Source: an uncultured Candidatus Saccharibacteria bacterium (GTDB lineage: Bacteria > Patescibacteriota > Minisyncoccia > JAHCSD01). Taken from it: a stretch of DNA of 32,050 bases. Positions 1 to 6,991 of this stretch are shown here, piece by piece; position 1 is the stretch's first letter; each line of letters opens with the position of its first letter. The stretch spans positions 1 to 32,050 of the forward strand of contig CAYJUS010000002.1 in NCBI GenBank assembly GCA_964373435.1, in the 5' to 3' direction. A program made the translations under genes and the position numbers. The notes under the pieces were generated by a model. It was not told the DNA's origin and searched no databases. It worked only from the letters and a program-made list of their open reading frames with translations.

Positions 1-22
1 CGAAGGAGGTGGCGAAGGAGGA

Positions 23-162
23 TGACCACCGTGTATATATTTTTATAGGATTTCCGACCCCGAACCAGAGCTCGCTACGCTCGCACGGTACGGGGCATGC
101 TTGGCACCCCCACCCCCCGTCGTACTATATTGTCAAGGAAATAGTGAGTAGCGGGGTGGGGT
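23..162. repeat. Intergenic repeat module, copy 1, upstream half (GC-rich hairpins)
   Basis: Near-identical to 3441-3578. The shared core is tccgaccccgaac[c/t]agagctcgctacgctcgcacggtacggggca[t/g]gcttggc, followed by a ccccacccc...ggggtgggg hairpin. Confidence 0.8.
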
Positions 163-198
163 AAAATAAAAAGACCCCGATGATTTAATCTGGGGTCT
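163..198 (-). terminator. Rho-independent terminator of the GNAT gene
   Basis: Hairpin gaccccga/tctggggtc, followed on the minus strand by a T-run (plus-strand aaaataaaaa at 163-172). Confidence 0.7.
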
Positions 199-207
199 CG
201 TGTGTCT

Positions 208-675
208 TTAGGGGCGGGGGAGCATCCTTTCTACGTAGTGGAATGCTTTTCCGATTTCAAACCCATTTTTCTTAAAGAAAGATTGCGTTTTCTTATTGTT
301 CGTTCGCACCAGACAATAGACGTGGTTACAACCCACATGTTCCAATTGAGAAAGCGTCTGTTCTAAGAGTCGGCGTCCCAATCCAGTCCCACGATGGGTA
401 TCTACCGTCGTAATACAATGAATGTATCCGTCTCGTGAATCGGGGTTATAGGCAGTGATGCTAAATCCCGCAAACTGACCGTCAACCTTGGCAATCAGGA
501 GGATTCCATTAGGACTGTTAATCCAGCGGGAAAGCGTTTCTTTACTATAGAACTGCGGGGAGCCAGTTCCTGTTTGCAGTTCGGGAGTTGAAAGACCAAA
601 TTCAATTACGGCATCCAAATCTTCGTCTTGCATTCGGGTTACGATTGGTGCTTGAGGTATTTCCCGTTGTTTCAT
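208..675 (-). CDS. GNAT-family N-acetyltransferase
   Basis: Acetyl-CoA binding motif HRGTGLGRRLLEQ and GNAT-like length. The ORF is open to 738, but the ATG at 675 is preceded by gaaaggaa and gives a typical 155 aa product. Confidence 0.8.
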   Translation of the reverse strand: MKQREIPQAPIVTRMQDEDLDAVIEFGLSTPELQTGTGSPQFYSKETLSRWINSPNGILLIAKVDGQFAGFSITAYNPDSRDGYIHCITTVDTHRGTGLGRRLLEQTLSQLEHVGCNHVYCLVRTNNKKTQSFFKKNGFEIGKAFHYVERMLPRP

Positions 676-776
676 TGGGTGTTCCTTTCTTTGAAATAGC
701 GTAATATCATTATACCAAAATAAATCAATTTTGTCCATTTTTTTGTGTAATTTAATATTTTAATACAATGAGTTAA

Positions 777-905
777 GGAGTAGGGTAAAGGAGTTAAGCC
801 AGTGTTGGAATATAAATATACCCCTCATATTCCCGAATCTTGGTTCTAATAACAGTGCTAAGCCCCTGCAAAAATGTTGACAGAATAAACTGGGTGTGAT
901 AATAT
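777..905. repeat. Intergenic repeat module, copy 1, downstream half including promoter
   Basis: Aligns with 3568-3692: g.gt.gggta..gagt.ttaagcca...ataaatatacccct...cagtgctaagcccctg...tgttgacagaataaa. Confidence 0.8.
877..905 (+). promoter_or_regulatory. Sigma70-like promoter, TTGACA-17-TAATAT
   Basis: TTGACA at 877-882, a 17-nt spacer, TAATAT at 900-905. The same arrangement is conserved in the second module copy. Confidence 0.65.
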
Positions 906-960
906 ACGATGTTCTATATCGGAACAAGATTTTAGTTCCTTGAAAGGGGAGTAGACGCAA

Positions 961-1197
961 ATGAAGGTTGCTGGAGTGCTTGTTTGCGTTGCTTCAGTCC
1001 TTGGGGCTATCGCTGTCTGGCTGTTTCTTCTCATTACAGGTATCCTTGGTCTTGCAAACGCACTGACCGCAGACCCTATCGTGGGAAGCGATGTCGGCTG
1101 GAACATCGTCAAGATCGTTCTTGCCGAAGCTGCAGGCGGAGCCGTTGGATTTGTCGGTTTCCTCATCGGCATGGCTCTCATCGGACTCAGTGACTAA
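961..1197 (+). CDS. Small hydrophobic Gly/Ala-rich membrane protein (hypothetical)
   Basis: 78 aa with two predicted TM stretches. GGGGAG lies 9 nt upstream of the ATG. Confidence 0.6.
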   Translation: MKVAGVLVCVASVLGAIAVWLFLLITGILGLANALTADPIVGSDVGWNIVKIVLAEAAGGAVGFVGFLIGMALIGLSD

Positions 1198-1224
1198 ACA
1201 TTACGGAAAGGAGGAACAAGCAGT

Positions 1225-1671
1225 ATGTGGGGTGCGATTATCGCAACGATCATCGGAGGTGCCATCTACCTCTTCGGAGACAACGTAGCACCAGAGAGTG
1301 CGTTCCTGGGCGGCACGAATTTCCTGTTCTACTGGTATCTCGTTCTCGGCATCATTGGAATGGTATTCGGGCTGCTGATCGCCCTCGGTATCATGGGCAC
1401 AGGAACAATTGTTGGCGGAAGTAAGTGGGGCATCGCTGGCGGTCTTCTTGGGGCTGTTGGCGGTGGTACATTAGGACTTTTTGTTCTTGCCCTCATTTTC
1501 GTTACGAGTGCCATGCGAGTTGCGGGAGCATATCTCTTACACGATTCCGTTGCTCTTATTGAAGGCGGCGTATATGAATGGGAGATAGCGAAGGTAGTCA
1601 TCGGTGGTCTCCTCGTAGGACTTCCTCTTCTCTTTCGTTCAAGCTCCAGCTCAAGTTCTTCAAGTAGCTAA
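1225..1671 (+). CDS. Gly-rich multi-pass membrane protein with C-terminal poly-Ser tail (hypothetical)
   Basis: 148 aa with about 4 hydrophobic segments. AAAGGAGG lies upstream. It ends in RSSSSSSSSSS, encoded by mixed Ser codons. Confidence 0.65.
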   Translation: MWGAIIATIIGGAIYLFGDNVAPESAFLGGTNFLFYWYLVLGIIGMVFGLLIALGIMGTGTIVGGSKWGIAGGLLGAVGGGTLGLFVLALIFVTSAMRVAGAYLLHDSVALIEGGVYEWEIAKVVIGGLLVGLPLLFRSSSSSSSSSS

Positions 1672-1871
1672 TACACAAACGCAATATAGGCTTCTGGCTT
1701 TGGTCGGGAGCTTTTCTTTTTATGCAGAAAAGACTAATTCAGGCACATTATTTTCTCTAACTCAGGTTCTAATACTCTCTACGAGCCCCGCTTCGACTCA
1801 CTACGTTCGCTCAGCGTAAACTGCCATTTAGCACGAAGCGAGGCAAAAGCCTCGTTTTTCGTTTTTTACCC

Positions 1872-1901
1872 TTGACAAGGTATTTAACCATCGTATATAC
1901 T
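1872..1901 (+). promoter_or_regulatory. Promoter of the toxin-antitoxin operon (TTGACA ... TATACT), start codon about 8 nt downstream
   Basis: TTGACA at 1872-1877 and TATATA/TATACT at 1894-1901. There is no SD before the ATG at 1910, so the transcript is likely leaderless. Confidence 0.55.
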
Positions 1902-1909
1902 TTAGATAT

Positions 1910-2188
1910 ATGGCTAAAACGGTAATTAATATTAAATCCGATAGAGAAGTGAAGCATCATGCCCAGAAGCTCGCGGAAGAGCTGGGGCTTTCTTTAAGCG
2001 ACGTGATCAACGCCTCATTGAGGAATTTTATTCGGACAAGAGAAGTTTACTTTTCTTCGATTCCTCGTATGGTTCCTGAGTTTGAGCGGCTCGTTGGGCG
2101 AATTGAGAAAGACATTCAGAGGGGAGAGAACCTCTCTCGTACCATTTCCTCTCAGGAAGAATTAGAGAATTACCTCGATTCTTTATGA
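1910..2188 (+). CDS. Type II antitoxin, RelB/DinJ family (ribbon-helix-helix)
   Basis: The N-terminus INIKSDREVKHHAQKLAEELGLSLSDVINASLRNFI matches the RelB/DinJ pattern. It overlaps the downstream toxin gene by 4 nt (ATGA). Confidence 0.8.
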   Translation: MAKTVINIKSDREVKHHAQKLAEELGLSLSDVINASLRNFIRTREVYFSSIPRMVPEFERLVGRIEKDIQRGENLSRTISSQEELENYLDSL

Positions 2189-2445
2189 AGCTTCGGTTCC
2201 ACAAACATTTCGAAAGGAAATATAAAAAACTTCGGAAAGGAGAACAAAAACGAGTCAAAGAACGACTCATTTTATTTTTGCAGGACGAGTTTAACCCTGT
2301 TTTAAACAACCACCCCTTACAAGGACGCTATAAGGGATATCGCAGTATTAATATTACGGGGGATCTCCGCGCGATTTACAAGCGAGCGCCAAACGATGTT
2401 CGTGTTTTTATCGCAGTAGCAACCCATCCCCATCTTTATAATTGA
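2185..2445 (+). CDS. Type II toxin, YafQ/RelE-family mRNA interferase
   Basis: 86 aa, basic, with HPLQGRYKGYRSINITGDLRAIY...THPHLY as in the YafQ/RelE superfamily. It is coupled to the antitoxin gene. Confidence 0.8.
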   Translation: MKLRFHKHFERKYKKLRKGEQKRVKERLILFLQDEFNPVLNNHPLQGRYKGYRSINITGDLRAIYKRAPNDVRVFIAVATHPHLYN

Positions 2446-2480
2446 TTTTTGGCACCGCGTTTTCCCAGAAAAGCGTATCC

Positions 2481-2503
2481 GACCCCCCGACGGGGTCTTT
2501 TTG
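2481..2503 (+). terminator. Rho-independent terminator after the TA operon
   Basis: Hairpin gacccc-ccgac-ggggtc followed by ttttt. Confidence 0.7.
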
Positions 2504-2584
2504 TATGCGTTGGGGATTGACGGCTATAGAAGATTATGGTAGTATATCGGGTCCATCAATTGTTCATTGAAAAAGGAGTAAGTA

Positions 2585-3391
2585 ATGAGATACCTGTGGT
2601 GTTCGCTCGTTTTTGTTTTGACCCTCGGTTTATTCTTCACTTCATGCGGTGGCAGTGCCGAGGAAGAGACCATCCGTTATCAAGTTAACTTTGTTGCTAG
2701 CGAAGATTATGTCTGGAAGTCTCATCCCCAAGAAGTTGAAGAATGGGCGACATTACTGTCGGAGTCCCTTGCGTTACTACCAGAAGACATGCAGGACATA
2801 ATGACCGCTAACGGCGAGAAGAAGCTGAATTTTCACATCTATCCTTATACGAACGAGGATGGCGAAGACATTGCTGGACAAGCTGGAGGAGGAGTGGGAG
2901 GAGACATTGCATTTTATGCCCCCGCTTTTGAAAAAATGAGCCGTGCAGAGAAGACCCTCACAATTATTCACGAGCTTGGTCACATCTATCACGATGCCAA
3001 CCCAGACTTTGATGTTCCTTCGTTCCTTGAAGTTGTTCTAGACAAAGAGAGGCGTTTCGTAGAGGCCCCTCCCGTCATCCACGCTTTCAGAAGCATGGGC
3101 TGGAAGGGCGAGATAGAACCAACAGAGAACGGGGCAAATGTAGATTTTACCAACAGAACCCTTTTGCTTGGTAAATATGACCCACGAGAGGATTACGGCC
3201 ACAGTTTTGTCCTTTTCGTCTTATGGGGCGAGAAACTGAAGGAATGTTGTCCGATTCGCTATGAATTCTTCCAGGGGGCATTCGGCGAGGAGTATCCTAC
3301 GTTCCAAGGAATCACTGAATCAAAATTGTTCAAAGGGACTCTCATACAGGAGATACTTAATCAAGGAATTAACATTGAGGTAATTCCTTAA
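2585..3391 (+). CDS. Putative secreted lipoprotein, HExxH zinc metallopeptidase-like
   Basis: Signal peptide ending in a lipobox-like FTSC, and a TIIHELGHIYH zincin motif. AAAAGGAG RBS. Putative promoter TTGACG-17-TAGTAT at about 2518-2546. Confidence 0.6.
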   Translation: MRYLWCSLVFVLTLGLFFTSCGGSAEEETIRYQVNFVASEDYVWKSHPQEVEEWATLLSESLALLPEDMQDIMTANGEKKLNFHIYPYTNEDGEDIAGQAGGGVGGDIAFYAPAFEKMSRAEKTLTIIHELGHIYHDANPDFDVPSFLEVVLDKERRFVEAPPVIHAFRSMGWKGEIEPTENGANVDFTNRTLLLGKYDPREDYGHSFVLFVLWGEKLKECCPIRYEFFQGAFGEEYPTFQGITESKLFKGTLIQEILNQGINIEVIP

Positions 3392-3397
3392 CAGAAT

Positions 3398-3422
3398 AAG
3401 CGGCATTTCGGTGCCGCTTTTG
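3398..3422 (+). terminator. Rho-independent terminator
   Basis: Hairpin agcggca/tgccgct followed by a T-rich tract. Confidence 0.65.
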
Positions 3423-3440
3423 TCATATTCTAAAAAATGT

Positions 3441-3692
3441 GTGACCACCTAATATATGTTTTTATAGAAAATCCGACCCCGAACTAGAGCTCGCTACGCT
3501 CGCACGGTACGGGGCAGGCTTGGCCCCCCACCCCCCGTCTCACTACTTTAAGATATAGTGAGTTGAGGGGTGGGGTAGAGTATTAAGCCAACGTAGGAAC
3601 ATAAATATACCCCTTGTGTGCCTTGATTGCAGTTCGAACATCAGTGCTAAGCCCCTGTTGTGTTTGACAGAATAAAAAATAAATGTTAATGT
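3441..3692. repeat. Intergenic repeat module, copy 2 (uninterrupted), including promoter
   Basis: Collinear with 23-162 plus 777-905. It ends in TTGACA (3664-3669), a 17-nt spacer and TAATGT (3687-3692). Confidence 0.8.
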
Positions 3693-3733
3693 ACCTAATC
3701 CCGTGAATATGAATCTTTGGTGGGGAGGTAGAG

Positions 3734-4231
3734 ATGCCCACTATCGGACTATTCGGAACATGCGGCAACAGTAAATGGCGAGAGCCGTTCATTAAAAAAT
3801 ACAAGCGGCTTAAAATTGATTTCTTTAATCCTCAAGTTGCTGATTGGAATCCGGAATGTGCGGAGGAAGAGGCACGGCATCTCGCAGAGGACGAGATAAT
3901 CCTTTTCCCCGTTACAAGGGAAACGTATGGAATGGGCTCCCTCTCTGAAGTAGGTTTTTCCATTCTTCAGGCAATCAGATTAGACGATCGTCGTGACTTC
4001 GTGATCATGATTGAAATGGAGCTCGACCCGAATTTGGATGACGAGATAACCCGCAAGGAATCATTGAGAGCAAGGGCTCTTGTAAAACAGCACCTCAAGA
4101 AACTGCGGTTCCGCAACGTCTATCTAGTAGATACACTAGAAGAAATGCTTGAAGTGAGCATACAACTTCATAAAGCGGTTACAATTAGAAAGCCCCTTGA
4201 GAGTTTCAATCCGCAAAATCGTAACAACTGA
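3734..4231 (+). CDS. Nucleoside 2-deoxyribosyltransferase-like (NDT/Rcl-fold) protein
   Basis: N-terminal IGLFGTCGNSKWRE and a central ETYGMGSLSEVGF with a candidate catalytic Glu resemble the Nuc_deoxyri_tr2/NDT pattern. GGGGAGG RBS. Confidence 0.45.
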   Translation: MPTIGLFGTCGNSKWREPFIKKYKRLKIDFFNPQVADWNPECAEEEARHLAEDEIILFPVTRETYGMGSLSEVGFSILQAIRLDDRRDFVIMIEMELDPNLDDEITRKESLRARALVKQHLKKLRFRNVYLVDTLEEMLEVSIQLHKAVTIRKPLESFNPQNRNN

Positions 4232-4242
4232 GGATGATAACT

Positions 4243-4268
4243 AAAGCCAGTCTCGCACTGGCTTTTTT
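4243..4268 (+). terminator. Rho-independent terminator
   Basis: Hairpin aaagccagt-ctcgc-actggc followed by tttttt. Confidence 0.8.
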
Positions 4269-4516
4269 CATTTCTCAAAAGCCATCTTCATCTCTCGAAA
4301 ATAGGTCCTGGTTCGAGAGGCTTACCAATAGGATACCTAAGGGACGCGACGTTCACACACGATGTAGGGCAGAAGGAATCACAATTAACCTCGCTTCCTG
4401 AGAGGGAATTCATCCGGATGCTCTACGAGATTCGGGAGGAGATCGGGCGAACCCGTTAAACCTCGGCACACGCAATGCGTAGCCGGGGTTTTCATTAATT
4501 TTTATTCTCTATTTTC

Positions 4517-4545
4517 TTGCTTTGCCCCCCCACTTATTTTATGAT
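4517..4545 (+). promoter_or_regulatory. Promoter TTGCTT-17-TATGAT directly abutting the response-regulator start
   Basis: TTGCTT at 4517-4522 and TATGAT at 4540-4545, with the ATG at 4552 and no SD. The TTG start at 4522 in the ORF track lies inside the -35 box. Confidence 0.55.
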
Positions 4546-4551
4546 AAAAGC

Positions 4552-4986
4552 ATGGAAGAATATAATAGGAATTCGTCTCACATACCAAAAGACGGGACCC
4601 CCATCCGTATTCTTATAGTTGAAGATGAAGAATTCCTGCGCGATGTGATTCACGAGAAGCTGGAAGAAGCGGGGTATAAAGTGTGGAGCGTCGGGGACGG
4701 ACTGGAAGGAATTGAAACAGTAAAGAAAGAAAGGATTCAGCTTGTGCTTTTGGACCTTTTAATTCCCGGGATTGACGGGTTTGAAGTATTGCGGCGGCTT
4801 AAGTGGGACAAGGAAACTTCTTCTATCCCCGTCATTATTTTCAGTAATTTGGGTCAAAAGGAGGATGTGGATCGCGCGTTGGGGCTTGGTGCCGAGGATT
4901 ATCTTATTAAAGCGCATTTTACGCCCGACGAGCTTCTCGCGAAAGTAAACGGAATAGTGCGTAAAACATATAGAGGAGGCCCATAG
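4552..4986 (+). CDS. Stand-alone CheY-like response regulator receiver domain
   Basis: The acidic pocket VEDEE, phospho-acceptor LLDLLIPGIDG, FSNLG and DYLIKA (Lys) are all present. There is no output domain and no kinase in the window. Confidence 0.85.
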   Translation: MEEYNRNSSHIPKDGTPIRILIVEDEEFLRDVIHEKLEEAGYKVWSVGDGLEGIETVKKERIQLVLLDLLIPGIDGFEVLRRLKWDKETSSIPVIIFSNLGQKEDVDRALGLGAEDYLIKAHFTPDELLAKVNGIVRKTYRGGP

Positions 4987-5007
4987 GCGCGCACCTTGAT
5001 TTTCGGG

Positions 5008-5036
5008 AAAAGCCGCGCGTGAAACGCGCGGCTTTT
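5008..5036. terminator. Bidirectional rho-independent terminator between convergent genes
   Basis: 12-bp hairpin aaaagccgcgcg-tgaaa-cgcgcggctttt, flanked by A and T runs. Confidence 0.75.
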
Positions 5037-5048
5037 TCGTTCCACCAA

Positions 5049-6266
5049 CTACGGTTTCCAGTGACGTATGAAGTTGAAAAAGAGGGGGAGAAAGGCCGTA
5101 AAAATCAAAAGAATCCGAAAATCATTGATCCAGAGCGCAATAAAAGCAAGAAGCGCAAGCGAAAGGGCTCTGCCCGCATTAATCATGACTTCGCGAAACA
5201 CGATCGCGCCAAACGGGTTTTCCGCGCTTATTGAGCGGTCGTAGAACGTTGCCATCAAGGGAACGTTGTAGCCCGCGCGCGCAATCCCATAGAACATGTT
5301 CGCAATTCCGGCAAAGAGAGGCGTCGTGGTTCCTGCCCGAATAAGCCATGCTCCAGACGTGGTAAGAGACCCAAGCCGCAAAAGCCGCATGCGGTCTTTT
5401 TTGTCAGTAAGATTTCCTAAATACCACGTTGCAATGATAGAAAACGTGGTTGCAAGAGAAACAATGAGGCCGAGCGATGTGTAGGAGAAATGAAGAATAA
5501 AGAGAAAAAGGGGCCAGAGCCGAGCATTTGACTCGTCCTCCGCGCCGCTTGCAAGAAACGCAACCCCTCCCTTTAATTCTTTGGGATTTACGAACCGTTT
5601 GAGAGTTTTCCAAAAGTTCTCCGAATGCATGGGAGGAGTGTTTTTAAGGAAGAAGAGAGGCAGGGCCGAGAAGATAACAAGCGGGAGCACAACGAGAAAA
5701 AGTGGAGGGTAGCCGAAGCGGGAGATGATATATCCTCCTGCGATGGGCCCCACGATAGATGCGAACGTCCCGCTTAGCGCAAGGCCGCTGAATGCACTTC
5801 CGCGTTTTTGGGTGGTGGAGGAAGTTGCAAAGAGGAGGTGGAAGCCGGGCCAAAAGATTGATGCACGAATTATGATTGCTGCAAGCGCAAAAAAGAGAAG
5901 CCAGTGGTAGCGCGGGAGGAGAAAGAGAAAAAGGTGATAAAGGAAAAGAAACGGGGTTGAGATAAGCGCGATTCGCTGAAAGCCGAAGCGCGAAGCAAGA
6001 TACGCTCCCACGGGAGAAAGGATTGCGAAAAACGCGAAAAAAATAGAGAAGAAAAGAAATACGAGAGAGGCCGAGTGAGCCATACCGCTTCGTTCGAAAA
6101 AGAGGAAAAGATAAATCGTCTCGAAAACTGAAATCATGCTTACCCCAAACGTTTTTAGTGCCTCTGAGAGATAGATATGAAGAAGAGTACGGTTGTGAGT
6201 AGACCGAAACGAAACGAGGCGAGATCTCATAAGATATTCAATTGCGTGAAGTCCGGGGGTTCGCAT
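5049..6266 (-). CDS. MFS-type transporter (about 12 TM)
   Basis: Hydrophobic throughout with two 6-TM halves. The start is uncertain; an alternative ATG lies at 6230. Confidence 0.65.
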   Translation of the reverse strand: MRTPGLHAIEYLMRSRLVSFRSTHNRTLLHIYLSEALKTFGVSMISVFETIYLFLFFERSGMAHSASLVFLFFSIFFAFFAILSPVGAYLASRFGFQRIALISTPFLFLYHLFLFLLPRYHWLLFFALAAIIIRASIFWPGFHLLFATSSTTQKRGSAFSGLALSGTFASIVGPIAGGYIISRFGYPPLFLVVLPLVIFSALPLFFLKNTPPMHSENFWKTLKRFVNPKELKGGVAFLASGAEDESNARLWPLFLFILHFSYTSLGLIVSLATTFSIIATWYLGNLTDKKDRMRLLRLGSLTTSGAWLIRAGTTTPLFAGIANMFYGIARAGYNVPLMATFYDRSISAENPFGAIVFREVMINAGRALSLALLAFIALWINDFRILLIFTAFLPLFFNFIRHWKP

Positions 6267-6370
6267 GGGCGTGTAAGCACAAAAGAGACTACGGGGGGTA
6301 TTATAATAAATGTGTTCTTGTAAAGCGAGGGGTTATGGTTTACTATGCGGGTAAAGAGAGTCTAGGATGT

Positions 6371-6985
6371 ATGAGAGAATTGGCGTTATTAAAACGAGGA
6401 AGCGCGCTCGTCGTGGTTGCGCATCCGGATGATGAAACAATTTGGATGGGGGGTACAATTCTTCGATTTCCTCAAATTTCCTGGACGATTTTTGTCCTCT
6501 GTCGAAGAAACGATCCAGATCGCTATCCGAAATTTATGCGGGTGGCGAAGTTTTATGGCGCTCGCGGAATAATCTCAAACCTTGAAGATGAAGGTATTAT
6601 GGATATTCAAAAATCCCTCCCCAAAATAGAGAAGCGTCTTAAGGCGAATATTACAAAAAGGCGATTTCGTTATATTTTTACTCATGGTGCGAATGGAGAA
6701 TATGGCCATCCGCGACATATTGGTGTGCATCGGGCAGTGAAGAGGCTTTTTGAGAGGGGAGTGCTTCGGTGTGAGGAATTTTTTACGTTTGCGTATCGCA
6801 CGATTCCTCCCAAGAGAATACGCAACGATTCCCGAAATGCGCACTTTTTCACGGCTCTTTCTCGCAAAGAACACGCCGAGAAGCGGGGCATCGTAAAAGA
6901 TGTATACGGTTTTAGCAAAGGATCATTTGAGAACATGAGCTCGCTTCCCGTGGAAACATTTATCCGGAGAGTAATTAACCAATAG
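6371..6985 (+). CDS. PIG-L/LmbE-family N-acetylglucosaminyl deacetylase
   Basis: VVAHPDDETIWMGG motif followed by HPRH. The ORF is open from the TTG at 6242, but that would overlap the divergent MFS gene, so the ATG at 6371 is preferred. Confidence 0.75.
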   Translation: MRELALLKRGSALVVVAHPDDETIWMGGTILRFPQISWTIFVLCRRNDPDRYPKFMRVAKFYGARGIISNLEDEGIMDIQKSLPKIEKRLKANITKRRFRYIFTHGANGEYGHPRHIGVHRAVKRLFERGVLRCEEFFTFAYRTIPPKRIRNDSRNAHFFTALSRKEHAEKRGIVKDVYGFSKGSFENMSSLPVETFIRRVINQ

Positions 6986-6991
6986 CGTTAT

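Noticed and set aside
858-1193. Overlapping ORFs 858-1181(-), 984-1193(+), 1091-1288(+), 1227-1424(+) and 1329-1601(-) around the membrane-protein genes
   Set aside because: These are Arg/Pro/Ser-rich alternative-frame translations of GC-rich Gly/Ala codons. They have no RBS, and the annotated frames have both an SD and coherent TM segments.
1-4500. Integron-like cassette array (GNAT, TA pair and small hypotheticals separated by structured repeats; GTTAAGC at 794-800 resembles an attC R' core GTTRRRY)
   Set aside because: There is no intI gene or attI in the window. The second module copy reads ATTAAGC at the same place, no paired R''/L'' inverse core was found, gene orientations are mixed, and each gene has its own promoter and terminator.
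4270-4520. Possible tRNA, SRP RNA, RNase P or tmRNA in the 290-nt gap before the response regulator (contains ggttcgag)
   Set aside because: No cloverleaf could be folded around the T-loop-like motif. The conserved cores of SRP RNA (the GGAA/AGCA symmetric loop), RNase P (GAGGAAAGTCC) and tmRNA are absent. A gene remnant is the better explanation.
5019-5910. Short ORFs 5019-5234(+), 5296-5484(+), 5404-5613(-), 5644-5853(-) and 5725-5910(+) inside the MFS gene
   Set aside because: They are embedded in or antisense to a continuous 12-TM transporter frame. Their composition is Lys/Arg-rich, typical of antisense reads of a hydrophobic gene.
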